DNA of 64,000 nt, taken from Saccharofermentanales bacterium. Its GTDB lineage: Bacteria; Bacillota; Clostridia; Saccharofermentanales; DTU023. This document shows positions 27,082 through 35,765 of the stretch, piece by piece; positions within the stretch are counted from its first letter, which is position 1; each line of letters begins with the position of its first letter. The stretch is taken from the NCBI GenBank assembly GCA_050945515.1, contig JBMNTB010000006.1, forward strand, positions 13,548-77,547, given 5' to 3'. The position numbers were made by a program, and so were the translations under genes. Under the pieces are notes generated by a model that was not told where the DNA came from, searched no databases, and saw only the letters and a list, made by a program, of their open reading frames with translations.

Positions 27082-29580
27082 TCACAATGGGTGTTTGTAA
27101 GACCAGAGAAAACGGCCTGTCAACCATTTCAGCTTCGGTATACTCTCCTTTAATTTTACTTCTTCAGCTAGATAGAAAGCTAATAAACTTTCCCATTCAT
27201 CATGTCCAAGATCCGTTAATCCCGCAGAATATATTGCCTGTTCCATTAGACACAGAGATACTTGGGCATCATATGAAGCAACTGCAGCAGATATAAACCA
27301 CTGTCTCAAAGTGTCACCGCTCTTTTGCTCAATACCTTGCAGACCCCAGATTTGCGTTAGGTCCTGGCGGATGGCCTGCAGAAGTTCTTGTGGTTTTTCA
27401 GCGAAGCGATTGCGCAGCCAGGCAGGATCATGTCTGCGTTTATATACCAGTCTACGCCATAAAATATAGATTAGAAGTGGCAATAGATACACGAGAATTC
27501 TCAGAATTACTAATAGAATACTCCCCAGTTTTTTGAGTAAGCTAGATAATGCGCTAGGCTGTTCTTCCGGCTCATTGCCACCAGGATCATCAGGATCGGA
27601 TACTTCAGGTGTCGGTTCCGGCGGTTCAGGAGGCTCAGTTTCTTCAGGCTCCGGTTCAGGCGTAGGGGACGGCGTTGGCTCAGGAATCTGATCGCGCCCG
27701 GTTATCTGTTCCTGAGCTGCAACCGGCGTACCGTCAATTGGTAACCAGCCAATTTCATCCAGGAAGATTTCAGTCCAGGCATGAGCGTTATTTCCATCTA
27801 TAGACCTAGTCGATACTGCATCTTCAGCCGAGGAATCCGCTCTGACAACAAAGCCTTCGACATAGCGTGCAGGAATATCCGCGATTCTGCAAAGAGCTGT
27901 TAATAATGTGCCGGTATAGGTGCAATATCCTTCTTTGGTTTTAAGAACATGAAGGGCAAAATCTTCATTTGGATCCGGGGCCGTCACATCCAGCCGATAC
28001 TTGATATTTTCAGCAACCCATTGACGCAATTTAAGCGCCTTCGGCGCCTCGGCCATTGTTTCATCAGCTATTAACTGCCAGAGCTCCGGTTCGGAATTCT
28101 TTATATATGCCGCTAAGTTCTCTTTATTGTAAAGATCTGTCCAGATTGCCCTCTCACTGGAGTTCAGAAGATATTCCTTCTGCATGGGGCCCAGACCGAG
28201 CTGGAACATTTGCAATTTTTCGATATCATGAATTGCTTTTAACTGAAAGATCTGACCTTCCACAGTATATCCCTCGTCAGGGATTGACTGATCTGCATAT
28301 AGTGTTCCCGAGGGATTGAAATAAGCAAAAACGTCATTTCCGCTTTCTGTATACTTAACTGTATCGATTCTGCCGCCGTTAAAAATAACTTGCTGTTTGG
28401 CTACCGGCGTCACAATATAATCCTGACTTAATAAGGGAAATATCGGATTGCGCAGGTCATCTGTGTCATCCAGACCTGTAACAGATAGTCCCATAATTTT
28501 AGCTTGGATGTCTTTGTTTCTGCTATGATTTAACATCCAGTTTTGATCCATTAAATCTTGGGCCCATCTTGTTCCGGTATAGGTTCTGAAAGTGGCGCCG
28601 CGCAGATAGATCTCCTGAGGACCTGTTGTTACATACATAAATAGGTGATCTAAGGGATCAACAGGTCCACCCAAACGATTTTCCAAGGGATAAAAGCCTG
28701 CTTCGGCAATACTGAATTCAACATAGCCGATAGAATCTTCTTTCAGATGACTTTTGCCTGTTAGACGACTGATAAAACGATCAATGTCACTATTATAGAA
28801 AAAATCACGCGGAATGATAAAATGGGCACCTATAACAATAGCAGTAACCAAAACAGCTGCCAACAAGCGTTTGCCACTTTCCTTATATGACCAGTTGCGG
28901 GGTGCAAATAATGAAGAGCTGCTATTTGTGTTCTGGCCGGATACATGCTTTTGCATGCTCATCATAACCAACAAACAGGCAGTGCCGATAAAAAACAGTA
29001 GATAATCTCCACTCACCCATTCTTCAAGGTTAACGGTCATCAACCCGCCAATGGCAATCAGCATCAGCCAGGGATGTGAAGATAAATAAATTCCCAGACT
29101 GCAGAGGATTAATATCACCAGACCCAGCACTATAGAATACGATGAAACATGAGTATAATTGCTATCCGTCTTGCCCAATAAATAATCAGCTCCGGAAACA
29201 ATAAAATTGACAAGGTGTGCTAGCGTAGAGTTGTATAATCCCTCACTGATACCGGTTAAATAAAGAACAGCAATCAATAATGCGATAACAACAGTGCCAA
29301 GAAAGACTAGCAGAGTAATTTTATAGTGACGATAACTAATTACCAGTAAAGAGAGAAATACCAATTGAACAAAAAACTGTAAAGTCCAGTTCATTGCAGT
29401 TTCATTCAGAGATAAAACAACCTTAGTAAGCAGCAGCGAAAAAATCAGAGTGGTAACAAAGCGTAAACTGAAATGAAAAATACTGTCTGCCCGATGGAGA
29501 TTAGCCCGTAGCTCCTTATCGCCTGCGGAAGGGACCGAGGTTAGGGAGAATTGATATTCTTTGTGTGGTGACTCAGTCAT
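27082..29580 (-). CDS. Polytopic membrane transglutaminase-like protein with C-terminal DUF4129-like domain (TgpA/YebA-like)
   Basis: Six or more N-terminal TM helices. External TGase core with Cys/His/Asp (EGYCTYTG, NAHAWTEIF, LPIDGT), a Pro/Glu/Thr-rich linker, a further TM, and a cytoplasmic tail. The ATG at 29580 is preferred because it has a GAGGG SD and lies 4 nt after the DUF58 stop; the ORF-track start is 29595. Confidence 0.8.
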   Translation of the reverse strand: MTESPHKEYQFSLTSVPSAGDKELRANLHRADSIFHFSLRFVTTLIFSLLLTKVVLSLNETAMNWTLQFFVQLVFLSLLVISYRHYKITLLVFLGTVVIALLIAVLYLTGISEGLYNSTLAHLVNFIVSGADYLLGKTDSNYTHVSSYSIVLGLVILILCSLGIYLSSHPWLMLIAIGGLMTVNLEEWVSGDYLLFFIGTACLLVMMSMQKHVSGQNTNSSSSLFAPRNWSYKESGKRLLAAVLVTAIVIGAHFIIPRDFFYNSDIDRFISRLTGKSHLKEDSIGYVEFSIAEAGFYPLENRLGGPVDPLDHLFMYVTTGPQEIYLRGATFRTYTGTRWAQDLMDQNWMLNHSRNKDIQAKIMGLSVTGLDDTDDLRNPIFPLLSQDYIVTPVAKQQVIFNGGRIDTVKYTESGNDVFAYFNPSGTLYADQSIPDEGYTVEGQIFQLKAIHDIEKLQMFQLGLGPMQKEYLLNSSERAIWTDLYNKENLAAYIKNSEPELWQLIADETMAEAPKALKLRQWVAENIKYRLDVTAPDPNEDFALHVLKTKEGYCTYTGTLLTALCRIADIPARYVEGFVVRADSSAEDAVSTRSIDGNNAHAWTEIFLDEIGWLPIDGTPVAAQEQITGRDQIPEPTPSPTPEPEPEETEPPEPPEPTPEVSDPDDPGGNEPEEQPSALSSLLKKLGSILLVILRILVYLLPLLIYILWRRLVYKRRHDPAWLRNRFAEKPQELLQAIRQDLTQIWGLQGIEQKSGDTLRQWFISAAVASYDAQVSLCLMEQAIYSAGLTDLGHDEWESLLAFYLAEEVKLKESIPKLKWLTGRFLWSYKHPL

Positions 29581-30814
29581 GATTAGCCCTCGCATTATGG
29601 TTCAGACTGTTATTCCGAACCAGATCTGCAAATCTTACGACCTGGATGCCCTCATTAAGCAGCTCGTCATATGCCCTTTGCAGTTCTAAATCATTAAGGG
29701 ACGGAGACTCCATTAAACACAGCATCACGCCCAAAGAAGTTTTCTGAAATGAGATTATCTGCTGAGCAAGCTCTGTTGTCAGTTTTCTGACAACGAGCAC
29801 ATAATATGACATGGAGTAAATAACATTAAGTCTCTCCAGCTGGCTTCCCATATCTCGCATAGACTTCTGTGGCAGCAATGCCAGCTGACGCCTGAAAAAA
29901 CCAAGATGTCCAATCTCGTTTGAGGCCTGAAACATACGAGCAGGATGCCAGGTTTCCATTTCAACCCATTGTTTTTGTTCCAGAAGAACAGCAATAATGC
30001 TAGCGCTCAATTCTAGCATATCATCCCTGGCAAAATTCTCCTGATCGCGTCGGACGTCATCTTTGATCTCAGTTGAGTTATAGTCGGGATCCAACATTAT
30101 ATAGTAGCGCACCTCACGCGGATCCTCATACTGTTTCACCATGAATTTCTGCAGACGAGCACTTACTTTCCAGTGAATTCGACGCATGGTGTCTCCCGGT
30201 TGTAATTTTCTAATGGTATCAATTTCATCAGACATATCGAATGATCTTACTCTGGCATGCTCCCCTTCATCAATTAATTGTTTAACAACAGATGCACTTT
30301 GCTGCTTATAAAACAGGCGCGGCAAAACTAAAGTAGTAAAGCGCAATTTTCTTTCAACGCCGGGGACTCGCAACCAAAAAATCTTGAACATATCGCGCAC
30401 CTTAAGATCAATCTCACCCAATTCCAGGACACCACAATGCAGACTTTCCAGGGAGGCAACCAATTTTCTGCTTTCGCGCGGGCGAACTGTCAGATTTAAT
30501 AAACGGCTTTCAGATAGAACAGTTTCATCAGATTGGCTGGACCAGGCGATCATGCGCAGCTGAGCCGGCAAAAGAATAGATTCTAGGCTCAGATCCAATG
30601 AATAATTTGCTGTTTTCAGGCGTGATATTTCCTGGCTGTAGCGCATAGGTTCAATCTTAACTTTAAATCTCAAATAAATAACATTAAATAAACTAAAAAA
30701 CAGGACAGCGAATAACAGGATCATACTGATACGAAATACAGCATATCCGTAATAGCTGGCACCCACCCAGAGCAACAGCAGGAGCAGAATGATCCAGAAG
30801 AATCTTCGCGTCAC
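29573..30814 (-). CDS. DUF58-family protein (MoxR-associated)
   Basis: Two N-terminal TM helices and the characteristic RRIHWKVSARL motif. It sits between a MoxR ATPase gene and a transglutaminase gene. Confidence 0.75.
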   Translation of the reverse strand: MTRRFFWIILLLLLLWVGASYYGYAVFRISMILLFAVLFFSLFNVIYLRFKVKIEPMRYSQEISRLKTANYSLDLSLESILLPAQLRMIAWSSQSDETVLSESRLLNLTVRPRESRKLVASLESLHCGVLELGEIDLKVRDMFKIFWLRVPGVERKLRFTTLVLPRLFYKQQSASVVKQLIDEGEHARVRSFDMSDEIDTIRKLQPGDTMRRIHWKVSARLQKFMVKQYEDPREVRYYIMLDPDYNSTEIKDDVRRDQENFARDDMLELSASIIAVLLEQKQWVEMETWHPARMFQASNEIGHLGFFRRQLALLPQKSMRDMGSQLERLNVIYSMSYYVLVVRKLTTELAQQIISFQKTSLGVMLCLMESPSLNDLELQRAYDELLNEGIQVVRFADLVRNNSLNHNARANHD

Positions 30815-30815
30815 T

Positions 30816-31766
30816 TTAACGCTCCGGTACTCTGATCTCTCGCAATAATTGTTTTAGGATCATCTCCGGTTCTTGCTGTTTCAATCTTCCCTCCGGCTTC
30901 ACGATTAAGCGGTGACTCCAACAAGGCAGAAGCATATTCTGCACATCGTCCGGCAGAACATAGTCACGCCCGGAGAGTAAAGCCTCAGCTTTTGCAGCAT
31001 GCATCAGCATCAATGAAGCCCTAGGACTAATGCCCAGTTCCAGCTCAGTATGCTCTCTGGTTCTAGCTGACAAAATGGAAATATATCTCTTGATAGCATC
31101 ACTGACATAAACATAGCGCACCTGATCCTGGAGCCACAGAATATCCTGCGCTGATGCTACCGGTTTCAGATCATCAAGAGGATTATCCTCGGAATAGCGG
31201 TCCAGGATAGCCATTTCTTCGCTCAGATTAGGATATCCTAGAGTAATCTTCAGCATAAAACGATCCAGCTGAGCCTCCGGTAAAGTATAAGTACCAACCT
31301 GCTCAATTGGGTTTTGAGTCGCTAAAACCATAAATGGCTGCATCAATTCATATGTTTGCCCCTCTACGGTTACCTGACTCTCCTGCATTGCTTCCAGCAA
31401 GGCAGACTGCGTCTTTGGCGAAGTACGATTGATCTCATCGGCCAGCAACAATTGAGTCATAATAACCCCAGGGTGAAATTCAAAAGCTGCCTTAGCCGGA
31501 TTGTACATATTGTATCCGGTAACATCTGAGGGCATAACATCCGGAGTAAACTGGATACGACTGAAATTTAAATCCAGCGATTTCGCCAAGGCGGAGACAA
31601 GAGTCGTTTTACCGATACCAGGAACATCCTCCAGCAAGATATGTCCCTTGGCTGCTAGCGAAATCATCAATTTGCGGATAACATCTTCTTTCCCAACCAT
31701 GACATGGGAAATATTCTCTTCAATCAGCAGGCAAAGTTGTCCTGCTTTGCGCGGTTCAATATTCAT
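30816..31766 (-). CDS. MoxR-class AAA+ ATPase
   Basis: Walker A VPGIGKTTL, Walker B LLADEINRTSPKTQSALLEAMQE, ATQNPIEQVGTYTLPEAQLDRF, and length of 316 aa. Confidence 0.9.
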   Translation of the reverse strand: MNIEPRKAGQLCLLIEENISHVMVGKEDVIRKLMISLAAKGHILLEDVPGIGKTTLVSALAKSLDLNFSRIQFTPDVMPSDVTGYNMYNPAKAAFEFHPGVIMTQLLLADEINRTSPKTQSALLEAMQESQVTVEGQTYELMQPFMVLATQNPIEQVGTYTLPEAQLDRFMLKITLGYPNLSEEMAILDRYSEDNPLDDLKPVASAQDILWLQDQVRYVYVSDAIKRYISILSARTREHTELELGISPRASLMLMHAAKAEALLSGRDYVLPDDVQNMLLPCWSHRLIVKPEGRLKQQEPEMILKQLLREIRVPER

Positions 31767-31817
31767 GCTACTCCTTGAACAAAAAGTTCTGTATTATATT
31801 TTGCCTTAAAACCATTA

Positions 31818-32573
31818 CTATGACAAAGGGCTAAATGGTTCTGTGTTTTCATCATTTTTATGCTTACTTGCCGGCAATGCTTTCTTGCTCTTGCCATAAT
31901 AGTGAATTTTTTTTCTTATGCTTTCTTTGTCATGAGTCGGGTACAGCTCTTCAATCGTGGTTCCTTTAGGTATCAACATTGCCTTGACCGCAATGTCCGG
32001 CTGTCGCAGTAATTCCTTAATATGTCCCCTACCCTCAACATCACTGAAAAATACCAATTCCCCTTTCTGTGGCATATTTTCAATCTCTCTGATCAGGTAC
32101 AACATCATAATATAGTGTCTCTTAGCTTCAGGGTTGCGGATTAACCAGCTGCGCACGGCGTGTAGTGCCGGATGTGTTTCCATCTCCATCATTTCAGCAA
32201 TTTCACGGTCATTGATCTGAGCCAGCAAAGCGGCTTCAATCACACAGAGGCGCACCAGCTCGTCACTACGTATGACCAGATCCGTCTGCATGTCATCCAG
32301 AACCAGATCCTTCTGGCCGGTTAAAAACAAGAAGCAGGAATCACTAACCCTCCCGGTAATGCCGCTGATATAGCGCATATTGCCAGCCCATTTACCGCCT
32401 AGTTTCTGCTGCTTTTTAAAAGCATAATAATGTAAGTGCAAATTCCTGTAAGTAAGAAAGGCCAATGCTCCGACGCTGATTCCAATCAGAGTCAGGCTCA
32501 GTGCATTGCTCATGGTTCCGATCAACATAAGCAGAACCGTCAAAACTAAAATAATTATCAGCAGAAAAGTCAT
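31818..32573 (-). CDS. Hypothetical 2-TM membrane protein upstream of the MoxR module
   Basis: Two N-terminal hydrophobic helices followed by about 190 aa of soluble sequence with no family I recognise. It is co-directional with MoxR, 51 nt upstream of it. Confidence 0.55.
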   Translation of the reverse strand: MTFLLIIILVLTVLLMLIGTMSNALSLTLIGISVGALAFLTYRNLHLHYYAFKKQQKLGGKWAGNMRYISGITGRVSDSCFLFLTGQKDLVLDDMQTDLVIRSDELVRLCVIEAALLAQINDREIAEMMEMETHPALHAVRSWLIRNPEAKRHYIMMLYLIREIENMPQKGELVFFSDVEGRGHIKELLRQPDIAVKAMLIPKGTTIEELYPTHDKESIRKKIHYYGKSKKALPASKHKNDENTEPFSPLS

Positions 32574-32579
32574 AAAGTT

Positions 32580-32588
32580 ATTCTAGCA
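32580..32588 (-). promoter_or_regulatory. Extended -10 element TGCTAGAAT, 6 nt upstream of the ATG at 32573
   Basis: The minus strand reads TGC-TAGAAT-aacttt-ATG. There is no SD between the element and the start. Confidence 0.3.
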
Positions 32589-32719
32589 TATCATTTAAGA
32601 TTAATATGTTAATCTGATCTCAGTCAGTTTAACTATAGCCAAACCCCTTCAGATTCACTGTATCTAATCTGGCGTTGCCTTCGATAAAAATTCATTATGA
32701 AGGCGCTGTAAAATGGCAA

Positions 32720-34156
32720 CTATTTGTTTATCTTATCGAAGCCTTTCAACCAAGTTGCGTTGGAGGTGCCGAACATGTAATTAAGAACCATAACATCAGT
32801 AATTCCGTTGTCTTTGACTAGTGCCTGCAGACTGCGCTCATAATAGCGAGTATCTACAACATAGACCTCATCGTAGTGGTTGACTAGATAAGGAACAAAG
32901 GCATTGCCAAAGGAGTCCTTGATCACAAGGATTTTTCTGCCGCTGCTATGACTGGTAGCTATTTTTAGGAGCGCACGATCACCACCGGAATAATTGAGAT
33001 AACTATTGCTACCGTTGACTTTCGGATTATTTAGCTTGATTTGATAGGACTTGTCCATCTTACCGGAATCCCATGCCGTAGCTGTATACTCCCCTACCAC
33101 CGGTTTCCAGCCCTCTGTAGTGTCAGGATTATTCTTAAGGGCCTGTTCTTTGGTAGCTCTGTAAAGAGAACCCAGATAAGTCCCCTCAAGTTTGTAATGT
33201 TCCATTTTCTCTAGCGGCACAGCATTCCAGCCTGCAGTCTCACAGAATGCCACATAGGCATAATAAGCTCCAAGTCCGGTCCAATGATGATCAGTCCGGA
33301 AATAAATATATTTATCGCGATTATTAAGCAGTCTGTCATAGGCATTTATACTCTTAATACCGGAAGCGAGACTATCATTGATGATTCCGATACAGTCTTT
33401 TTGTGAAGAATACCCGGAATGATATTGATCCGGCGCATAGAGCTCAATCGCTGTCGGCACCACCAGGCTGAATACCTGAGTCGTCTGCGGCAGGATCGAA
33501 TCAAGTTTGTTGAGGCGATCTGCGTAGGCTTTCAGCTTTTTCTCATTGCCATAGTACATCTCCATTGCCCGATCATTGGTAATGACAATACCGACCTTGG
33601 TCTTCTTGAACTCACCCTCATCAAGTGGCGGCGGTTCTTCAACGGGGGGATCGGTTGCTTCCGGTGTTGGACTTACAGAGACGTCAGTATTCGGCTGTTC
33701 AAGATTGCTCTGCCCGGGTTCTCCATGTAGCTCTGTCTCATCCGGAGTTGGAGACTGAGCACCGGGATTATCCAATTCAACATCCGGATCATTATCCGGA
33801 TCCTCCGCGACGGCCAGATCATGGCTAATTGGCGTAATCTGCAGTCCATCTGGATTCAGATTGGGAAATGCCAATGAACGCCAGTTTTTCCCAATTGTAA
33901 TCAAAGTAGGACGGAAAGGAAATTGGTCACTGAACCAGCCCTCTATATTGGCGGCTTGCTGTCCTGTCCTGGCATCCTCAAGATTAAGTTTGGGAAAAGT
34001 GCGCAGTTTTCTGCCCTCATCTTCGGAGATCTCTTTACTGGGCAGGATTATATGTAGAAATCCGACCGCCAGTAGAAAAATGACAAAGGTATAAATTGTA
34101 ATAATTTGATTTCTGGTTCTTGTTCTCATTTTGATACCACTACTTTTATTCCACAC
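32720..34156 (-). CDS. DHHW-family (AlgX/AlgJ-like SGNH) extracytoplasmic protein
   Basis: N-terminal signal anchor, Pro/Glu-rich linker, the eponymous motif FRTDHHWTGLGAYYAY, and a later VIKDSFGN motif. The start is uncertain (GTG at 34156 or ATG at 34129). Confidence 0.75.
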   Translation of the reverse strand: MWNKSSGIKMRTRTRNQIITIYTFVIFLLAVGFLHIILPSKEISEDEGRKLRTFPKLNLEDARTGQQAANIEGWFSDQFPFRPTLITIGKNWRSLAFPNLNPDGLQITPISHDLAVAEDPDNDPDVELDNPGAQSPTPDETELHGEPGQSNLEQPNTDVSVSPTPEATDPPVEEPPPLDEGEFKKTKVGIVITNDRAMEMYYGNEKKLKAYADRLNKLDSILPQTTQVFSLVVPTAIELYAPDQYHSGYSSQKDCIGIINDSLASGIKSINAYDRLLNNRDKYIYFRTDHHWTGLGAYYAYVAFCETAGWNAVPLEKMEHYKLEGTYLGSLYRATKEQALKNNPDTTEGWKPVVGEYTATAWDSGKMDKSYQIKLNNPKVNGSNSYLNYSGGDRALLKIATSHSSGRKILVIKDSFGNAFVPYLVNHYDEVYVVDTRYYERSLQALVKDNGITDVMVLNYMFGTSNATWLKGFDKINK

Positions 34157-34160
34157 CTAT

Positions 34161-35576
34161 CTAAAAACGGTAATAGAGGAAAGGATTGTAACTCGAGGCA
34201 GCCAGAGCAGCAGTGCATAATACCAGCAATGTTATGTATGCCATAGGCTGTACAATTGCACCTAACGGAGAATTTTGAATTTGTCTTAGCGGTTGTCGCA
34301 GTTGTCTTTTCAGCCAGGGTAAAATAGGTGCAGCACCAATAAACGCAATTACAATAAAGATAATATGCTGCCGCCAAAGAATACCTCCCTCACCGTCGAC
34401 AAATCCCGCCAGACCGGGAGCAAATAAACGTCCGATAAACGTGGTAAACTTTGAGGGCTCGGTAAAATAGAAGATGCTCCAGCTGAACATAACAGCCAAC
34501 ATGGTCAAAAGATGTCCCAGGGGCTTGGGAATCCACAATTTACCGTTCCGGATAAATGTGCGCTCAAACATCAGTAGAATAAAGAAATACAGACCCCAGA
34601 CCACAAAATTCAGACTGGCACCATGCCATAGGCCGGTGAGGAACCAGACTAAAAATGTATTGCGCACAGGATGATGGCGATTCCCACCCAGCGGTATATA
34701 GACATAATCGCGGAAGAAAGTACTCAGAGAAATATGCCAGCGTCTCCAGAATTCTGTAATGGTCGAAGCAATGTAGGGGTAGCGGAAATTTTCCAGGAAG
34801 TGGAAACCGAACATATGCCCGAGACCAATAGCCATATCGGAATAGCCGGAAAAATCGTAGTAAATCTGGATTGTGTACGCCAATAAGCCCAGAATAGCCG
34901 TAGCCGTACTGACCTGACCGAAATGATCAGACTCAAAACAGACTTCAACGATCTCACTGGCATAATTGGCGATCAGAACTTTCTTGGCCAATCCGCCCAG
35001 AAAACGACTGATACCGGATACAACCCCGTCAAGAGTCATGTACCGTCTAGACAATTGTCTTGCTACATCAGAATAGCGGACAATCGGGCCGGCGATCAGT
35101 TGTGGAAACAGCGTGACATAAAGCAAGAAACGTCGATATGATTTCTGCACCGGGATTTCACCACGGTAATAATCGATGACATAAGTTAGAGCCTGAAAAG
35201 TGTAAAAGGAGATTCCAATCGGTAAGGAAATCTGAGGTACCTTGAAATTGATCAAGGGCAAATAGTTCAGCAGTTCAACGAAAAACCCGGCATATTTAAA
35301 GAAAGCTAAGCCGGCCAGGGCTATCACCACAGCAATCATCAGCCAAAACTTGCGCTGTTTTCTTGATCGAGTTTGACTCATCATGATACTGGAATACCAG
35401 ATCACGAAGGTTGTAATTATTAACAGCAGAACATAAACGGGCTCACCCCAAGCATAAAAAACCAAAGAAAAAGCCAGCAATATATTGTTCTGAGTGCGAA
35501 CACGTCTGGAGAACCAAACCAGCACTAGACAAAGCGGCAGGAAAATATAGAGAAAGAAGAGCGATGAAAATACCAT
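34161..35576 (-). CDS. MBOAT-family membrane O-acyltransferase (AlgI/DltB/PatA-like)
   Basis: 471 aa and polytopic. It carries the signature FWRRWHISLSTFFRDYVYIPLGGNR and a conserved His in GLWHGAS. Confidence 0.9.
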   Translation of the reverse strand: MVFSSLFFLYIFLPLCLVLVWFSRRVRTQNNILLAFSLVFYAWGEPVYVLLLIITTFVIWYSSIMMSQTRSRKQRKFWLMIAVVIALAGLAFFKYAGFFVELLNYLPLINFKVPQISLPIGISFYTFQALTYVIDYYRGEIPVQKSYRRFLLYVTLFPQLIAGPIVRYSDVARQLSRRYMTLDGVVSGISRFLGGLAKKVLIANYASEIVEVCFESDHFGQVSTATAILGLLAYTIQIYYDFSGYSDMAIGLGHMFGFHFLENFRYPYIASTITEFWRRWHISLSTFFRDYVYIPLGGNRHHPVRNTFLVWFLTGLWHGASLNFVVWGLYFFILLMFERTFIRNGKLWIPKPLGHLLTMLAVMFSWSIFYFTEPSKFTTFIGRLFAPGLAGFVDGEGGILWRQHIIFIVIAFIGAAPILPWLKRQLRQPLRQIQNSPLGAIVQPMAYITLLVLCTAALAASSYNPFLYYRF

Positions 35577-35595
35577 TTATGTTTCTCCCGTATCC

Positions 35596-35623
35596 ATTTT
35601 ATTCAACAAATCCCAACTGTCAA
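35596..35623 (-). promoter_or_regulatory. Candidate promoter for the MBOAT-DHHW pair (TTGACA-N16-TAAAAT)
   Basis: The minus strand reads TTGACA (35623-35618), a 16-nt spacer, and TAAAAT (35601-35596). A GGGAGA SD then precedes the ATG at 35576. Confidence 0.4.
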
Positions 35624-35765
35624 TTACTTTAGAATACTGTTATATTACAATTTCAAAAGAGGTTACCAAATGTTGCTGATCAGCAGTCTTAAGGCAATCT
35701 CTCGGCACAAGTAATCTCATGAAATTAATTTTGACTAATTATCTAATATCCTATATTTTGCGATA

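Noticed and set aside
33576-33828. Two overlapping + strand ORFs (60 and 67 aa), plus 33419-33730, inside the DHHW gene.
   Set aside because: They lie antisense to the Pro/Glu-rich linker-coding region, where biased composition keeps several frames open. There are no start-site signals.
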